A stretch of 64,000 nt of DNA, taken from the NCBI RefSeq assembly GCF_964194025.1, contig NC_134481.1, forward strand, positions 18,848,001 to 18,912,000. Direction: 5' to 3'. The number at the start of each line of letters is the position of its first letter. Positions within the stretch are counted from its first letter, which is position 1. The notes beneath the pieces are model-generated. The model saw only the letters and a program-made list of their open reading frames with translations, was not told the DNA's origin and did not search any database. This document shows, one piece after another, positions 62,140 to 64,000 of this stretch. Source of the stretch: Convolutriloba macropyga. Taxonomy: Eukaryota. The position numbers and the translations under genes were made by a program.

Positions 62140-64000
<1,861 letters not shown>

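Overview
AT-rich, intron-containing eukaryotic (animal-like) genomic DNA. Host genes: an intact 8-exon RTCB tRNA-splicing ligase gene (+, 10835-61611, 506 aa when spliced) and the 5' part of a class III alcohol dehydrogenase, ADH5 (+, 62167 to window end). The first ~8 kb is the 3' half of a decayed Ty3/Gypsy-type LTR element. Its pol frame ends in a TARG1/OARD1-type macrodomain, and it carries an env-like class I fusion protein. RTCB intron 3 is ~38 kb because it contains a ~33.8 kb segment (20997-54812) bounded by ~50-bp CCC...GGG terminal inverted repeats, TA flanks and homologous subterminal repeats, i.e. a giant EnSpm/CACTA-type DNA transposon. That segment carries three intact co-oriented minus-strand genes: an SGNH hydrolase, a six-exon coiled-coil + BEN-like domain protein (assembled here by hand), and a 1023-aa DDE transposase fused to a Suv4-20/Set9-like SET domain. 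It also holds a 5.6-kb higher-order repeat array and decayed cargo (ALDH retrocopy joined to a CRE-like retroposon, CUB/TIL-like exon relics). The best candidate for a new system is this transposon-borne chromatin module: SET-transposase + BEN-like DNA binder + repeat array. Two assembly gaps near the right end weaken the linkage of the two termini. All domain calls are by motif recognition, not database search.
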